DNA of 64,000 bases from Eledone cirrhosa (GCA_964016885.1 OZ024743.1:376588001-376652000), one strand, 5' to 3'. Counted from the stretch's first letter, positions 43,200 to 58,928 are shown. Numbers and translations are program-made. Notes: a model not told the origin generated them from the letters alone.

Positions 43200-43312
43200 T
43201 ATACTCCAGAAGAATTTTGTTGAGCGCTTCTAATCTGTTATAAATTAAATTTGTTGAATAATCAACAAATTAAATAACTCATATATATATACACACATAT
43301 CTGTATGTATAC

Positions 43313-43402
<90 letters not shown>

Positions 43403-43451
43403 CTGTATGTATATATATATGTATATATATATATATGTATATATGTATATA

Positions 43452-43519
<68 letters not shown>

Positions 43520-43531
43520 TATGTATGTATG

Positions 43532-43576
<45 letters not shown>

Positions 43577-43619
43577 TATACATATAGGCGGTGCCCCAGC
43601 ATGGTCTCAGCCGGATGGC

Positions 43620-43645
43620 TGGAACAGGTAAAAGAGAAAAAAAGA

Positions 43646-43684
<39 letters not shown>

Positions 43685-43711
43685 CTCTTTTTTTCTCTTT
43701 TACCTGTTCCA
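43620..43711. repeat. 31-bp inverted repeat around (TA)n
   Basis: TGGAACAGGTAAAAGAGAAAAAAAGAGTATA and its reverse complement; the arm is the tail of a SINE-like repeat (cf. ~4031-4080). Confidence 0.9.
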
Positions 43712-43886
43712 TATATATATATATATTATTGTATTGGAATGTGGCCATGTCAAAGCATTATATTTAATGGATTTCATCGATCTGTAGCTGATATTTGTCA
43801 TCGATCTCTATTTGCCTAACTGATAAGTTACACCATCCACCTATACAGATACACGTGTACGCACACACACACACATACACACACGC

Positions 43887-43927
<41 letters not shown>

Positions 43928-44075
43928 TGCATTTATACAGATATATATATGTGTGTATATATATTTATATATATATATATAAATTTATATGTTTTTATAT
44001 ATATGAGTATATATATATATAAACATTCGGGTATGTTTTATAATCAACCTATATATATATATATATATATATATA

Positions 44076-44162
44076 CATGGTGTCCCCAAAAATGTATACA
44101 CACTTTGATTACCTGTACAAGAATGTTGTTAAAGTGTATATACATTTCTGGGGGACACCCTA
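44076..44162. mobile_element. Tc1/mariner-type MITE (~87 bp)
   Basis: TIRs GGTGTCCCCAAAAATGTATACACACTTT and AAAGTGTATATACATTTCTGGGGGACACC; TA flanks. Confidence 0.75.
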
Positions 44163-44168
44163 TATTTT

Positions 44169-44225
<57 letters not shown>

Positions 44226-44992
44226 AAGGGAATAAATGTATATATATATATAAAGAATCTTGCTAAACAAATTCAGAAACGAAATATATATATATATATT
44301 ATACACCTTGTCTCTTCCCACTACTATAATGTATGTAGAAGACAGGAGAAACTCCTACCGCTACGTCACTACTCTAAGCCCCTCCTCCCTATTTCTACTA
44401 TTACATTACCATTCCTCTCGCAGAACAGATTTTACAATAAGTTTGCCATGTCTGTGACACAGTGGCGGTGTTTTCTATAATTTTGCATCCTATGATCGAC
44501 GAATTCCGTCGCTGACTCGTTAGTATTTTGGTATATCACTTCACAGTTTCGGTTCAAATGTTGTCCACAGTCGGGCCATTTGATAATTTGCCGGTCATTT
44601 TAGGGTCGATAAAATAAAGTCTCAATCATATGCTATTGGTGGAGGGGATAATATAATTGGTTATTGATGGTGGAGTTAATCATGGAGTCTTTACTTGGTT
44701 GTTCAACTAGCTTAGAAAAATGCAATGGAATGTACTTCCATCGGTTTCAACAATGAGTATTCCTGTTGCCGACCAACGGAACAGCTGCTCGTTAAATTAA
44801 CGTGCAAATGGCCGAGCATTCTAGCTGGTATTTGCACCCTTAACGCGGTTCTCACTGAAATTCAACATGAGCCAGTGTATAACAAACTGACCCTTTAAAC
44901 TACAGATACAATCTACCCGACGGGCTTCCAAACAGTTTTCCTTTACCCACATTCAATCACAATGCTTGTGTTGACCCAATATTATGGCAAAT

Positions 44993-45179
44993 GGCGGTGG
45001 ATTGGCAGTATCCGTAGAAGGTCGGACGCCATGCTTTGCAGCATAGAGTTACACCCCTTTATAATCTGAGTTCAAATCCCGCCCCGGTTAACTTAGCCTT
45101 TCATCCTTACAGGGTCGATAAAATAAAATACCAGTATTGTACTGGGATAATTGCTGGCCTTTTGCCAAAAGTAGAAACA
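44993..45179 (+). mobile_element. SINE family 1, young full-length copy with 18-bp TSD
   Basis: TSD AATATTATGGCAAATGGC at 44978-44995 and 45180-45197; inserted in an older repeat. Confidence 0.93.
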
Positions 45180-45632
45180 AATATTATGGCAAATGGCCAA
45201 GATGCACAGCTGTGGAGTTGAACCCGAGAAACCTACTTCTCAATTATTTGGCCAAGCTGTGTCCACAACTGCTTAGAAATAAAAGCCAATCTCCCCCGGA
45301 GAGGAAGCCAGTCTGACACAAGGTCATGTCCTAGCACATTCTGATCGCACTCATGTTTTCAGTTGCGGGCTTGAAGCAGTATGAAAGGAAATACCTTGCT
45401 CGAGGACACAACGCAGTAACAGGGCCGAGTTTCGTAGACAAATATAACCCCATAAAAACGCCGATGGTACAGAGAGTTCAGTTGGAATTTGTGTGGTGCA
45501 GATTTTCATTATTCGGAGTGGCTCCTGGCCACATTTATCCGTGTATTTTACCCCATTTTTTAATCTATTATTATTCATAGCAATCGATTGCGGTTACAAT
45601 TTTTTTCTCTTTGAGATTTGAGATTTTTACTT

Positions 45633-45674
<42 letters not shown>

Positions 45675-45740
45675 CATGGCCGGAGATCGCGGAAATAGCA
45701 GCAATGACTTTCATGAACCCTGTGTGTATATATATATATA

Positions 45741-46079
<339 letters not shown>

Positions 46080-46193
46080 ATAGGAAAAGAGTCAGGACCC
46101 CGACAACTGAGCTCCGGCTGTTTCGACAGCTAGGTCAGACCTAGCTGTCGAAACGGCCGGAGCTCAGCTGTCGGGGCCTGACTCTTTTCCTAT
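46080..46193. repeat. ~57-bp-arm fold-back palindrome of a family C relative
   Basis: 46080-46136 versus 46138-46193, 1-nt spacer, a few mismatches; GAAA-CGGCCGGAGCTCAGCTG-TC/GGGG. Confidence 0.9.
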
Positions 46194-46264
46194 TTCCCAC
46201 TCTGCTACCCAGTATCGATTACTTTGGTGCGTTATGGCCCACCTGGTTACTTACCACACTTCCT

Positions 46265-46315
<51 letters not shown>

Positions 46316-46578
46316 AGACAGAGAGAGTGTGTGTTTTTGAGAGAGAGAGAGAGACTCTCTGTTACTTAAAGCTTCATGAAACTAAGATAAGCTCGAGCAA
46401 ATCATTAACTGTCACACACCGTTGGTATTTTTTGTGGTGGGGGAAATAATTCATATGCGTATTTATGTGTGTGTACATGGTTGTGTTCATGCATGTGTGC
46501 ACGTGTGTGCATAATAGTGCTTATACGAATACTTGTGTTTGTGCGTATGTATGTGTGTGTGTTGTGTGTGTGTGTGTG

Positions 46579-46623
<45 letters not shown>

Positions 46624-46672
46624 CTGTGTGTGTGTGTGTGTGTGTGTTGTGTGTGTGTGTGTGTGTGTGTGT

Positions 46673-46708
<36 letters not shown>

Positions 46709-47131
46709 GTGTTGTGTGTGTGTGTGTTGTGTGTGTGTGTGTGTGTGTGTGTCAGTGTGTGTGTGCGCGTGTGTGTGTGCGCGTGTGTGTGTGCGTGTGT
46801 GTATGTGTGTGTTAGTACGCATGTAATGACACTAACAACAATGACTCTACCAGAATACAAAATTAAAAAATAAAAATATTGTACTAAAAAAGAAAAAAAA
46901 AATGAAATCTGTTATCATTTAAACATATCTTGTGTATCGAAGCTTTTTGAAAAATCATTAATGTGATCGATTAAGTAAGCATAAAGGTAATTTCTAAAAC
47001 TAATATCAATTAAATTTCTTTTATATAAAGAAAATATTAATTGAGCGTATGACAACTGATAATAACTCTTTATCATTATTTTTCTTACTCTATTATTATT
47101 ATTATTATTGTTATTAATATTATTATTATTA

Positions 47132-47922
47132 TTGGTAGTATCGGTAGAGCGTCCCACAGCATGCTTTGTGGCATAGAGTTAACCCCCACCTTTACATTCT
47201 GAGTTCAAATCCCGCCAAGGTTAGCTTTGCCTTCCATCCTTACGGGGTAGATAATATAAAGTACCAGTCACTTACTGGGGTCGATTTAATCGACTTCCCC
47301 CTTCTCTAAAATTGCTGGCCTTGTGCCTAAATCAGAAACCATTATTATTGGCAATATCGGTAGAGTGTTGGACACCATGTTTGTGGCATATAGTTTCAGA
47401 CCTTTACGTTCTGAGTTCAAATCCCGCCGAGGTTAGTTTTGCCTTTCATCCTTACGAGGTCGATAAAATAAAGTACCTGTAAAGAACTGGGGTCTATTTA
47501 ATTGACTTTCCCCTCCCCCAAAATTGGTGGCCTTGTGCCTAAATCAGAGTGGATTGGCAGTATCAGTAGAGGGTCGGACGCTATGCTTTCCAGCATAGTT
47601 ACGTCCCTTTACGATCTGAGTTCAAATCCCGCCGAGGTTGACTTTGCCTTTCATCCTTACGGGGTCGATAAAATAAAGTACCAGTAATGCACTGGGTAAT
47701 TGCTGGCCTTGTGCTAAAATTAGAAACAATTATTATTTTTATTATTATAAATGGATTGGCAGAGTCGTTAGGTTGTTGGAGAAAATGCTTTGCGTCATTT
47801 AGTTAAAACCCTTTACCATCTGTGGTCAACTTTGCCCTTCTTTCTTCTGGGTCAATAATATAAAGTACCAGTGAAGTACTGGATTCCATAAAAATGCTGG
47901 CTTTATGCCTAAATTAGAAACC
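47132..47922 (+). mobile_element. Four head-to-tail SINE family 1 copies
   Basis: Copies start at ~47132, 47348, 47550 and 47752; most are separated by ATT-rich tails. Confidence 0.92.
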
Positions 47923-48575
47923 ATCATTATCATTTATTTTATTACATATTTTAGTTTGTGCGTTTCTGTAATATTAAAAGTGGAAAAAAATCAAAAGAAA
48001 TAGAAAAAAGTCTGAAGAAAGATCAATAGTTTGTTAGTAATGAGAAGCAATCAAATAAATTACTTGCTAATTATAACTGACTTGTTAAATTATCTATACA
48101 CTATATATTTATATATTTCTTTATTGATGTTAATGTTATGTTGTTGATTTATAGGTATGAAAATAACAACAAACATTCACTGATGATCGTCACTCGATAA
48201 TAATATTGTAGTAAAGTCATATTTATTGGTATATTTTATATTTAGTTTGGTTGACTGTTACGTGAGGTTTGTGCAACCAACCACAGGCCTGTCAATTCTT
48301 CCCGTCCGACGAGGAGATCTCCTACTCACTTTGGAGTGGGTGAGAGATGTCTTCATTATGTAAAATCTCCACATTTTGCCCCATTTCTTCTCATTTTGGG
48401 GCACTTTTTGTCACGGTACTTACCGTTTGGGTTTTTAGAGGTTGGAAGATCTGCAACCCCAATTCATCCAGTGAACGTATTAGCGCTTGGCCACACGGAA
48501 TCCTAGTTCGGTCAACCAAGTTATATAAATTATATACGACATATAATATATTTTACAATAAATATTGTGGACGGA

Positions 48576-48667
48576 ATATAAACATTTTATAGTTGAATGT
48601 GTATACATACATATATATATATATATATGTATGTATGTATACACATTCAACTATAAAATGTTTATAT
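48576..48667. repeat. Inverted repeat around (TA)n
   Basis: ATATAAACATTTTATAGTTGAATGTGTATACATAC and its reverse complement. Confidence 0.9.
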
Positions 48668-48770
48668 ATAGAATGGACATACGGCGAACTATCCTCCAGA
48701 AACGATCGTAAAATAATGAGTTTTACTATGAATTAACCGTTTTTTGTTTAATTTCATTGTTTTCACTATT

Positions 48771-48814
<44 letters not shown>

Positions 48815-48829
48815 CAGACACACTCACAC

Positions 48830-48880
<51 letters not shown>

Positions 48881-49042
48881 TGTTAACATTTTGATTAACA
48901 CATAAAATTATTAATTATTTTGTCTGACAAATGCACAGGTCAACCTGAGTGTTAAAATTAGCCACTGTTAGAACCTGAAGTCAGCTCTATTAATTTAAAA
49001 TTTAACAATTTTCATTGGGAGTAGTAATATATATGTTTATAT

Positions 49043-49082
<40 letters not shown>

Positions 49083-49277
49083 CACTTAAATTCAATATTC
49101 AATATCAAGTGGTGTGTACAACAAACAATACCTTTATTTCTGTAAAAAATGATTTTGTAGCTTTCCTATCCAGGTCGTTGTGATCAAATAATCACTTATC
49201 TTCTCATGCCCCAAATTATTGTTAACAACTCGTCAACTGATAGTATAAAGTGACTACAGAAAGAAAAATAACCACTA

Positions 49278-49648
49278 TTTCTAATTCAGTAATTCAGGCA
49301 CAAAGCCTGTAATTTGTGGAGAGAGGAAAGTCTTTACGAGTATTATATTTTATCGGACGCCATGCTTTGACGCATAGAGTTACGGTCCTTGCCATTCTGA
49401 GTTCAAATCCCGCCGAGGTTTACTTTGCCTTTCATCCTTACGGGGTCGATAAAATAAAGTACCAGTAATGCACTGGGTAATTGCTGGCCTTGTGCCAAAA
49501 GTAGAAACAATTATATTTTATCGGTCTCAGAAGAATGAAAGGCAAAGTTGACCGCGTTGGGATCTCAAAATGTAAAGAGTAAAGAGCCGCAATAAATACT
49601 GCTCGGTATTTTTCCTACGGTCTAACAATTCTAACAATCCATCGCCGC
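49278..49648. mobile_element. Young SINE (+, 49357-49509) nested in an older SINE (-)
   Basis: 15-bp TSD ATTATATTTTATCGG at 49342-49356 and 49510-49524. Confidence 0.9.
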
Positions 49649-49734
49649 ATAAAAATGATACTAATACGAATAATTGTTTCTAGTATAGTGATAAGAACAG
49701 AAGTTTTGTTGGGAGTGAGGGTGGGAGTTATAAT

Positions 49735-50272
49735 GATCAGCTAGCGGTGGTTCAACAGACAGAAGATCAATATTACATGTTATGTAATGAAGGTACCAGG
49801 TAGCGGTGGTTCAACAGAGAAGGGATCAAATCAAATTGGTATATAAAAAACGTATCAAACATTGGTGGTTCAACAAATGAGATCAACATATGTTATCAAT
49901 AGATGTTAAGATTATTAATGATAATAATAATGATAGTGATGATGATGATGATGATGATAATGATGATGTTTTTGTTGTTGGTGGTGGTGGTGATGTTAAT
50001 GAAATTGGTGGTGAAGAGATCAAGATGACAAATTATATAAGGAAAGTAAGAAGTTATGACGGTGGTGGTTCGACGATGGGGATCAACATAATGTTATATA
50101 AAGAAGGTATCAGATTGTGCTGATTTAACAGAGATCAATATACCTTATACAAATATAGGGTGATGGTGATGGCGGGAGGATTTTTAAACAAAGATGAGAT
50201 CAACAGTGCATTTTATATAAAGAATGTATTGGGTGGCTTTAGTGGGAGGGGTCAACAGAGGAAATCAATATT
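49735..50272. repeat. Degenerate ~55-bp tandem repeat
   Basis: GGTGGTTCAACAGA..GATCAA..ATGTTAT units. Confidence 0.65.
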
Positions 50273-51089
50273 ATGACGATCGAGAACGACAAACGAGCAT
50301 CGATTTATTGCTTCAATTAGCATGAAAAGGGTTTCAGTATTCTACAAACACATGTACCCGTTACGTAAACCTCAGAGACATTCAACGATATACAGTGTGT
50401 GACAAGGCTGAGTGTTTGAATTACAAGTGCGGTCCATGGGACGGGCTTCCATATGGTTCTGTTTACCCAGTTTCACCTACAAGGCTAAAGGGTGTAGCGT
50501 TTCACCAATAATTTAATAAATGTTACAAAGATCCCACACAATAGAATCGAAACTAGAACGTCATGATTATATCAGCTACATCTTATATAAATCTATAGGT
50601 CAATAGGCCCCTCACTACTTACCTACTTTATTAGTAGCAGCTGAGGAATCAGAAAGAACAGAATATTAAACTAGCCACGACTCCCACCTCATCTGATTTG
50701 GTAAATATCCACAAAGGAAAAACAACAAAAAACAAAAAGAATGTTCTTATTGTAGTAAGAGTCTTAGTAGGTGTACTAGAATGATGTATATATTTGTAAG
50801 TGTTGGGTTTTGGTTATATATTCAAACTTCAACATATTCACCTGGAAAAAATAGTCTAATTTAGTATTATCATTAGTTTTATTTTTATTATGTGTCGCCA
50901 CTGCATTACATGCAGAGTCAGGTAACCCCTACGGGAGTCGTAGGGGCTCTGTGTTAACATATGATGTTACTAGGACATTGTTAAACCTGGAAGAGCCTAT
51001 CTCCTCTTCAGACCTGAACACAGCAGATTTCTTCCAGAGAAGGATAGAGAAAGCGAGAGATCAGAAGTGAGAAAGAGATTTAAAGGAAA

Positions 51090-51251
51090 AATCAACCCAA
51101 GTACTTGACTGGTACTTTTTTTTATCGACCTTAAATGGATGAAAGGAAAAGCTGACCTCGGCGGGGTTTTAACTCAGAGAATAGAGAGCCGAAACGATAC
51201 TTACCTGAAAGTATTTTATCCGACGTTCTAACGACTCTGCCAATTCACCGC
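51090..51251 (-). mobile_element. SINE family 1, diverged
   Basis: GGATGAAAGGAAAAGCTGACCTCGGCGG...CTGCCAATTCACCGC. Confidence 0.85.
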
Positions 51252-51311
51252 TAAGTCATTGCATATCTGTGTTTTGATTACTTGCACTGTAGTTATTTTT
51301 TGGTGTTGTTT

Positions 51312-51557
51312 TCATTGTATTGAGAGTGCTCTTCGTAATATGCGGACAATGCCTGGCAGGTTTATTTTCTGTATGTTGTATACATTTGTATCTCCAGGGG
51401 TTTTGGTTATGTACTTGCCTCAGTGTGTGTTTTTATCATTCCCAGGGTACCTATTATTATAGGGATTTTTAATTTTCATCATCCACTTTTGTGTTACTTC
51501 TTTCTCCAGATCTTAATACTGGGATAATTTCTCTATTTCCTTGATGGTTATGGGGAT
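51312..51557 (-). pseudogene. Decayed R4/Dong-type RLE C-terminus
   Basis: Manual minus-strand translation KEIEKLSQY*DLEKEV../..PIIIGTLGMIK../..NIQKINLPGIVRILRRALSIQ*, with a stop and frameshifts. Confidence 0.75.
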
Positions 51558-51580
51558 TATTGATATTATTGTTATTATTA

Positions 51581-51758
51581 GCAGTATCAGCAGAGCGTTG
51601 GACAACAGGCTTTGCGGCATATAGTTACGTCCCTTCACATTAGCTTTGTCTTTCATCCGTACGGGGTCGATAAAATAAAACACCAGTAATGCACTGGGGT
51701 CAATTTAATCGATTTTCTTCTACCCCAAATTGCTGACCTTGTGCCTAAATCAGAAACC
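51581..51758 (+). mobile_element. SINE family 1 with internal deletion
   Basis: Head, TTTCATCCGTACGGGGTCGATAAAATAAA, and tail. Confidence 0.85.
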
Positions 51759-51783
51759 ATCGTTATTATGACTTCATCACCAC

Positions 51784-51836
<53 letters not shown>

Positions 51837-52017
51837 ACATAATAATAATAATAATTATTATTATTATTCTAATTATTATCTTATTGCTTAAAATCGTTAC
51901 ATTATGTTAAAGAATTCAATTATGTCTTCGATCTTGCTCCGTAGTTAAACGTGTTGATGGCGTGTAAGGCATGAACACATCCTCACAAGTGGAATGATAC
52001 GTGTCGATTATATATAT

Positions 52018-52112
<95 letters not shown>

Positions 52113-52113
52113 A

Positions 52114-52159
<46 letters not shown>

Positions 52160-52166
<7 letters not shown>

Positions 52167-52242
52167 TGAGATTCTACAGGACTAGAACTGTTTCATTCTA
52201 AAAGAATGAAACAGTTCTAGTCCTGTAGAATCTCATCTATAT
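52160..52242. repeat. 40-bp-arm fold-back palindrome of family B centred on HHR loop II
   Basis: 52160-52199 versus 52203-52242; element continues to ~52316; a second, more diverged inverted family B pair at ~52447-52592. Confidence 0.92.
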
Positions 52243-52316
52243 TAAAACTTTTATACTCTGCAATGTATTGAGTACCTTACTTACTGTGGTTACCTCCGAT
52301 TCAACCCGGAATAACG

Positions 52317-52347
<31 letters not shown>

Positions 52348-52717
52348 CCATTATATATATATAATGGGTGGAATCCCGATTGGTTGCCGGTGGTGACCAC
52401 AGTTACAAGGATACTCAATACGTTAGTAAAGTGTAGGCAATTGTAGTTTATACAGAAATGCTTTCTACAGGACTAGAACAGTTAGATTCGTATAATATCA
52501 CCAGGCCAGTCCTCATTCCTATGAAATCACCAGGAATGATGATTTTATACGAATGAAACAGTTCTAATCCTTTAGAAGTCATTTCTATATAAAATAAATG
52601 AATAAATAAATATATACATTCAATTTGGGTAGAATTATAATTGATAATACTATACGTTGTAAAATATCACTTTACGAACTATAATTTGTAACAAATAAGT
52701 TAGCTGACAAATATACA

Positions 52718-52760
<43 letters not shown>

Positions 52761-52813
52761 TCATCATCATCATCATCATCGTTTAACGTCCATCTTCCAC
52801 GCTTGCATGGGTT

Positions 52814-52872
<59 letters not shown>

Positions 52873-52902
52873 AAACTTTTTTCGCTCTACATGGCTGAAT
52901 AC

Positions 52903-53275
<373 letters not shown>

Positions 53276-53366
53276 TCTTCTACACATATATTGGGTACCT
53301 TATTTACTGTGGTTACCCCCAACTCAACTTGGGATCAACTTATATATCTATATCTATATATATATA

Positions 53367-53527
53367 TAGTTATGAAATAAAAAACATAAGATGATTATTT
53401 CATATACCAGTGGTTTCTTGAATGCAGATGTTGTGTCTGTCTGACGACTGAAGACAGACAAAACATCTGCCTTCAAGAAACCAGTGGTAAATGAAATAAT
53501 TATCTTATGTTGTTTATTACCTAACTA
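53367..53527. repeat. Diverged fold-back palindrome of family I with HHR core at the centre
   Basis: 53367-53442 versus 53452-53527; CTGACGA-CTGAAGACAGA..TCTGCCTTCAA-GAAA-CCAGTGG-TA/AATGAA at 53441-53495. Confidence 0.85.
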
Positions 53528-53592
53528 ATAAGCTCTGTAGCCTACATAGAGCACTCTTTTTTCCTGTACCTTTCCTACGGAAATACTTCATT

Positions 53593-53669
<77 letters not shown>

Positions 53670-53830
53670 ACACACACATGTATATATATATATATATATA
53701 TATATATGTTTGACAGGAACACCTGGTCTTATACAAATATACACACAGCGAATTCGAAATAAGCTTCTGGCCGTGAGATCCCATGTTCGGGTGGGTGGGG
53801 ACTAACGAGTTTCCTCTTGTTTTGTTAATA

Positions 53831-53999
<169 letters not shown>

Positions 54000-54037
54000 T
54001 TAATATATTAACAGAGAAAGCTTTAAACAATACTCTA

Positions 54038-54110
<73 letters not shown>

Positions 54111-54375
54111 GCGGTGTGGGTGTGACAGGCCATTGTGGTCTAAGTCTATTGTGGAATACAAGGGACAATTGCGCTGTCATCCTGTCAAATAGAAATCCCA
54201 TCTCACAACAATTTTTTACATGTAACATTATCCCAATTTTATTTCGAGGTCTCGCATTTGATTTATTTTAATCACTCCCTCTCTAACTTACTCTTGTCTA
54301 TATCTTCCATTTATCAATCTCTATACATACATGTGTGTGTGTATATATATATACATATATATGAGTATATATACG

Positions 54376-54429
<54 letters not shown>

Positions 54430-54431
54430 TG

Positions 54432-54473
<42 letters not shown>

Positions 54474-54483
54474 CATATATATG

Positions 54484-54658
<175 letters not shown>

Positions 54659-54660
54659 TT

Positions 54661-54746
<86 letters not shown>

Positions 54747-55134
54747 CTGCACACAGAAAAATACACACATATATATATATACATATATTCGATATCTTTC
54801 TCTCTCTCCCTCTCTCGCCCTCACTCTCCCTCTCTCATTCTCTCTTACTCCTACTCTTTTCCTCTTCTTTCTCTATCTCTCTCGCTCTCTCTATTTTTTT
54901 TTTTTTTTTTAATTTTTACAAAAGCCTTTTTCCACCTAATTTGCATTAGAATTGAGTGAAAGTTTTTTTTCCTTTCCGGTCACTCCGTTTGCTGCTATAG
55001 AAGGAGATTGAATGACTGGCATCGCCCAGTGTGTCTGATTGACAACCAGAATAGTAGGTAGGTCACAACATGTGTTAGCACAATTTCTAATATCTCTCTA
55101 TATCTATCTTTCTATCTCTCTATACATATAGAAT

Positions 55135-55187
<53 letters not shown>

Positions 55188-55290
55188 ATATGTATGTATG
55201 TATATATATATATGTATTTATGTATATATATAATATATGTATATATATACATATATATATGTATTTCTATATATGTACATAAGTATGTAC

Positions 55291-55338
<48 letters not shown>

Positions 55339-55421
55339 TTAAGTATGTACATATATATATATGTATGTATATATATATATATATATATATATAAATATAT
55401 ATATATATAATATATATATAT

Positions 55422-55510
<89 letters not shown>

Positions 55511-55609
55511 GTTTGTATGTGTGTATATATATATATTTGTATACATATATATATTCATATATATATACATATACATAAATATATTCATAGATACATATAC
55601 ATAAATATA

Positions 55610-55655
<46 letters not shown>

Positions 55656-55926
55656 TATACACGCACACGCACACACATACACAGACACCTACACAAACAC
55701 ATAGGCAAACAAACAGACACACATGTCTTCTTCATATGCTACTACTCCTTCTACATTTACTAATCAGCCACCTCCCACCTCTACATACACATCACTCTAT
55801 TGCATAATCATCAAAGCTTGCTTTGACTGACAACCAACACCACCACCACCACCACAACAGCAACAGTAACAACAACAATATTACTAATAATAGAAATAAC
55901 ACCAATATTTATTTATTAATTATTAT

Positions 55927-56100
55927 TGGCAGTATCGGTAGAGGGTCGGACGCCATGCTTTCCAGCATAGTTACGTCCCTTTACGGTCTGAGTTCAAATC
56001 CCACCGAGGTTGACTTTGCCTTTCATCCTTACGAGGTCGATAAAATAAAGTACCAGTAATGCACTGGGTAATTGCTGGCCTTGTGCCTAAAGTAGAAACA
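55927..56100 (+). mobile_element. SINE family 1, young subfamily
   Basis: Consensus match. Confidence 0.92.
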
Positions 56101-56211
56101 ATTATTTATTATAACAATAACAACAGACACAGCATGGTCAGGTGTCACCATACTCCTCCCTCATATAGCTCATTCTTTGTCTTTTTCTCTCTCTCTCTCT
56201 CACTGTCCATC

Positions 56212-56257
<46 letters not shown>

Positions 56258-56380
56258 TGTGTATGTATATGTTTGTTTGTGTGAGAGTTTGTGTATAACA
56301 CACATATATTCTTTATATGTATATGTTAGTTTACCTGTGAATATGTCTGTGTCTGATTAACTTCATACCGATACACTCAG

Positions 56381-56456
<76 letters not shown>

Positions 56457-56517
56457 TATTTATTTTTATATTTATATTTATATATTTATATTTATATTTA
56501 TATAAATATAAATATAA

Positions 56518-56589
<72 letters not shown>

Positions 56590-56598
56590 TTATATTTA

Positions 56599-56674
<76 letters not shown>

Positions 56675-56996
56675 TGTGTAAGAGCTAAGGCATATATACA
56701 TATGTCTGTATGTGCGTATCTGTAAATATATGCATATATTAAAAAAGTATATTTTATACTCACATATACACACAACATATGCATACATTTCACATATCTT
56801 GTAACGTAAATACAAATGTATATGTAAGTATGTATACACACATATATATGCATATATAATATGGATACATGTGTGTGTTTGTGTGTGTGGACATATATGT
56901 ATGTATGTATGTGGGAAAATGATATTAAAAAACATGAAGTAAATATCTATATAATAGAAATACTTGACTAAGAAAAGGATTCATTTCTATATAATG

Positions 56997-57121
56997 ATAT
57001 ATTTCAGTTGTATACCTATATACATTATTCTATATATACTCTTAATACATTTATATATATTTCACTTCTATACCTATATACATTTATTCTATATATACCC
57101 TTAATACATTTAGATATATTT
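56997..57121 (+). repeat. ~58-bp tandem duplication
   Basis: ATATTTCA.TT.TATACCTATATACATTATTCTATATATAC.CTTAATACATTT occurs twice. Confidence 0.85.
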
Positions 57122-57339
57122 TGCTATGTATCTATAACCAAAATTGTAATATTCATTGTGATATGTGCTTCCTTTTATATGTAGATATACATGTGTGTAT
57201 GTATAAATGTATGTATGTATGTATATATTTATGTGTGTATGTATATATGTATGTGTGTGTATGTATGTATGTATATATGTATGTATGTATGTATGTATAT
57301 ATATATCTATGATAGCATGCATGAATTTATGTGTATGTG

Positions 57340-57606
57340 TCTAAAGTCTAAAGTCTGTCTCAAGCCAAGAGGCTCGTCAGGCTTGTGCTTGTCCCGGCTT
57401 CGTGCATTTGGTGAAACGTACAAGACTCCTCTCTTGATAGGATGCCTCTCCATCACAGGGCTAAACCCCCAGCTATTGCTGGTACTTATTTTCAGCTAAG
57501 CATAATGGAGCAACGTGAAATTAAGTGTTTTGCTCAAAAACACAACACACAACTCAGCCCACGACATTATGATCGTAAGTCCAACATCTTTACCACTAGG
57601 CCACAT
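57340..57606 (-). mobile_element. tRNA-derived SINE family 2
   Basis: Reverse-complement homolog of 1374-1656. Confidence 0.85.
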
Positions 57607-58328
57607 GTGTATGAGCGTGTTTGTGTGTGAAATTTAAAGGTTAAATCACACGTTTTATATCTGTGGGCGGGTAAAGAGATCAATCCGTTTAGTTTCTTTT
57701 TTCGTTAAAACCTTATCAGAAAAAATATACTTTTTATTGATCCTCGAAGTGATTAACAGCTTACACTTAGTTAGTGTGCACAAACGCGGTATGTCTAATT
57801 TGCATAACACTACATGTTCTATATCTATTACTTCGTTTGCTTAATGGGGGAGGGGACTGCTTCCGCTTGTATATGGAGATGCATGCTGCCTTCTATGAAA
57901 TCGTTTTTGTATATTTACTTTAACAGTTTTCGTTAGACATAATAATATCAAAGATAAATTTAAATAATTTTTAAAAAAGAATGAAAATAACGCACTGAAA
58001 TAAAGTCATCGATATTTTTGTAAATTTTGTTTTACTGTTTCGTCAGAGAGAAAAGGTCAATGCCCATGATCTTTTTCAGGGCCTCTGAAACTGGTGCGAG
58101 GGTACAAGGTATCCTTAAACTCGTGGTCTGATCTGAATGCCTGCAACCCAATCAGACAAGTGTATTTTATATAAACATAATGGGAGGAGTTCTTTCAGAA
58201 ATTATTGAAGAAATCTTAATGCAGTTGATATTATAGATTTATATCTATTTAGCGGCGAGGAATACCAGAGTGAGGTCGATCCTTCACATACTCATCCATC
58301 ATCGTCCTCTTCCTCCTGATCCTCTTTC

Positions 58329-58394
<66 letters not shown>

Positions 58395-58806
58395 ACAATA
58401 ACAATTATTTATTGCATATGTCTCACTATAGTTTAATTTAATCATTTGTTTTTTCATAATATAATTCTGATAAATCGCCAGATGAAACCACAGTAAATCA
58501 CAATCTTGTCCTGTTTTTTTTAGCCATTATATACATTTCTATGTTCTTGAGATGTGCAACATTGTCTGATGGAGATGTACAATCGTGTTTATATCCAACA
58601 TCTGTTTTCTTTTGTAGTATCTCTGTTATTTTAGTGTTTTGTCTGGTGTGTGGAAATTGTATCATGTGGGTTATGTTATTTTATTGGGAGGTGATTGTGT
58701 ACAATGTGTGGTGTGTAATTGGTGTTAGGTGTTTTAGTGTTGGATAAATGGGTGACAAAGGTTTTCTGTTACCAGGGGTACATATATATAGAGAGACCGA
58801 CATATG

Positions 58807-58843
<37 letters not shown>

Positions 58844-58928
58844 CACATATATATACATGTACATATATACATACATATATATATATACATGTACACATAT
58901 ATATACATGTATATATATATACACATTC

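Noticed and set aside
50933-50971. Small GC-rich hairpin CCCCTACG-GGAGT-CGTAGGGG
   Set aside because: Single occurrence with no recognisable RNA family features
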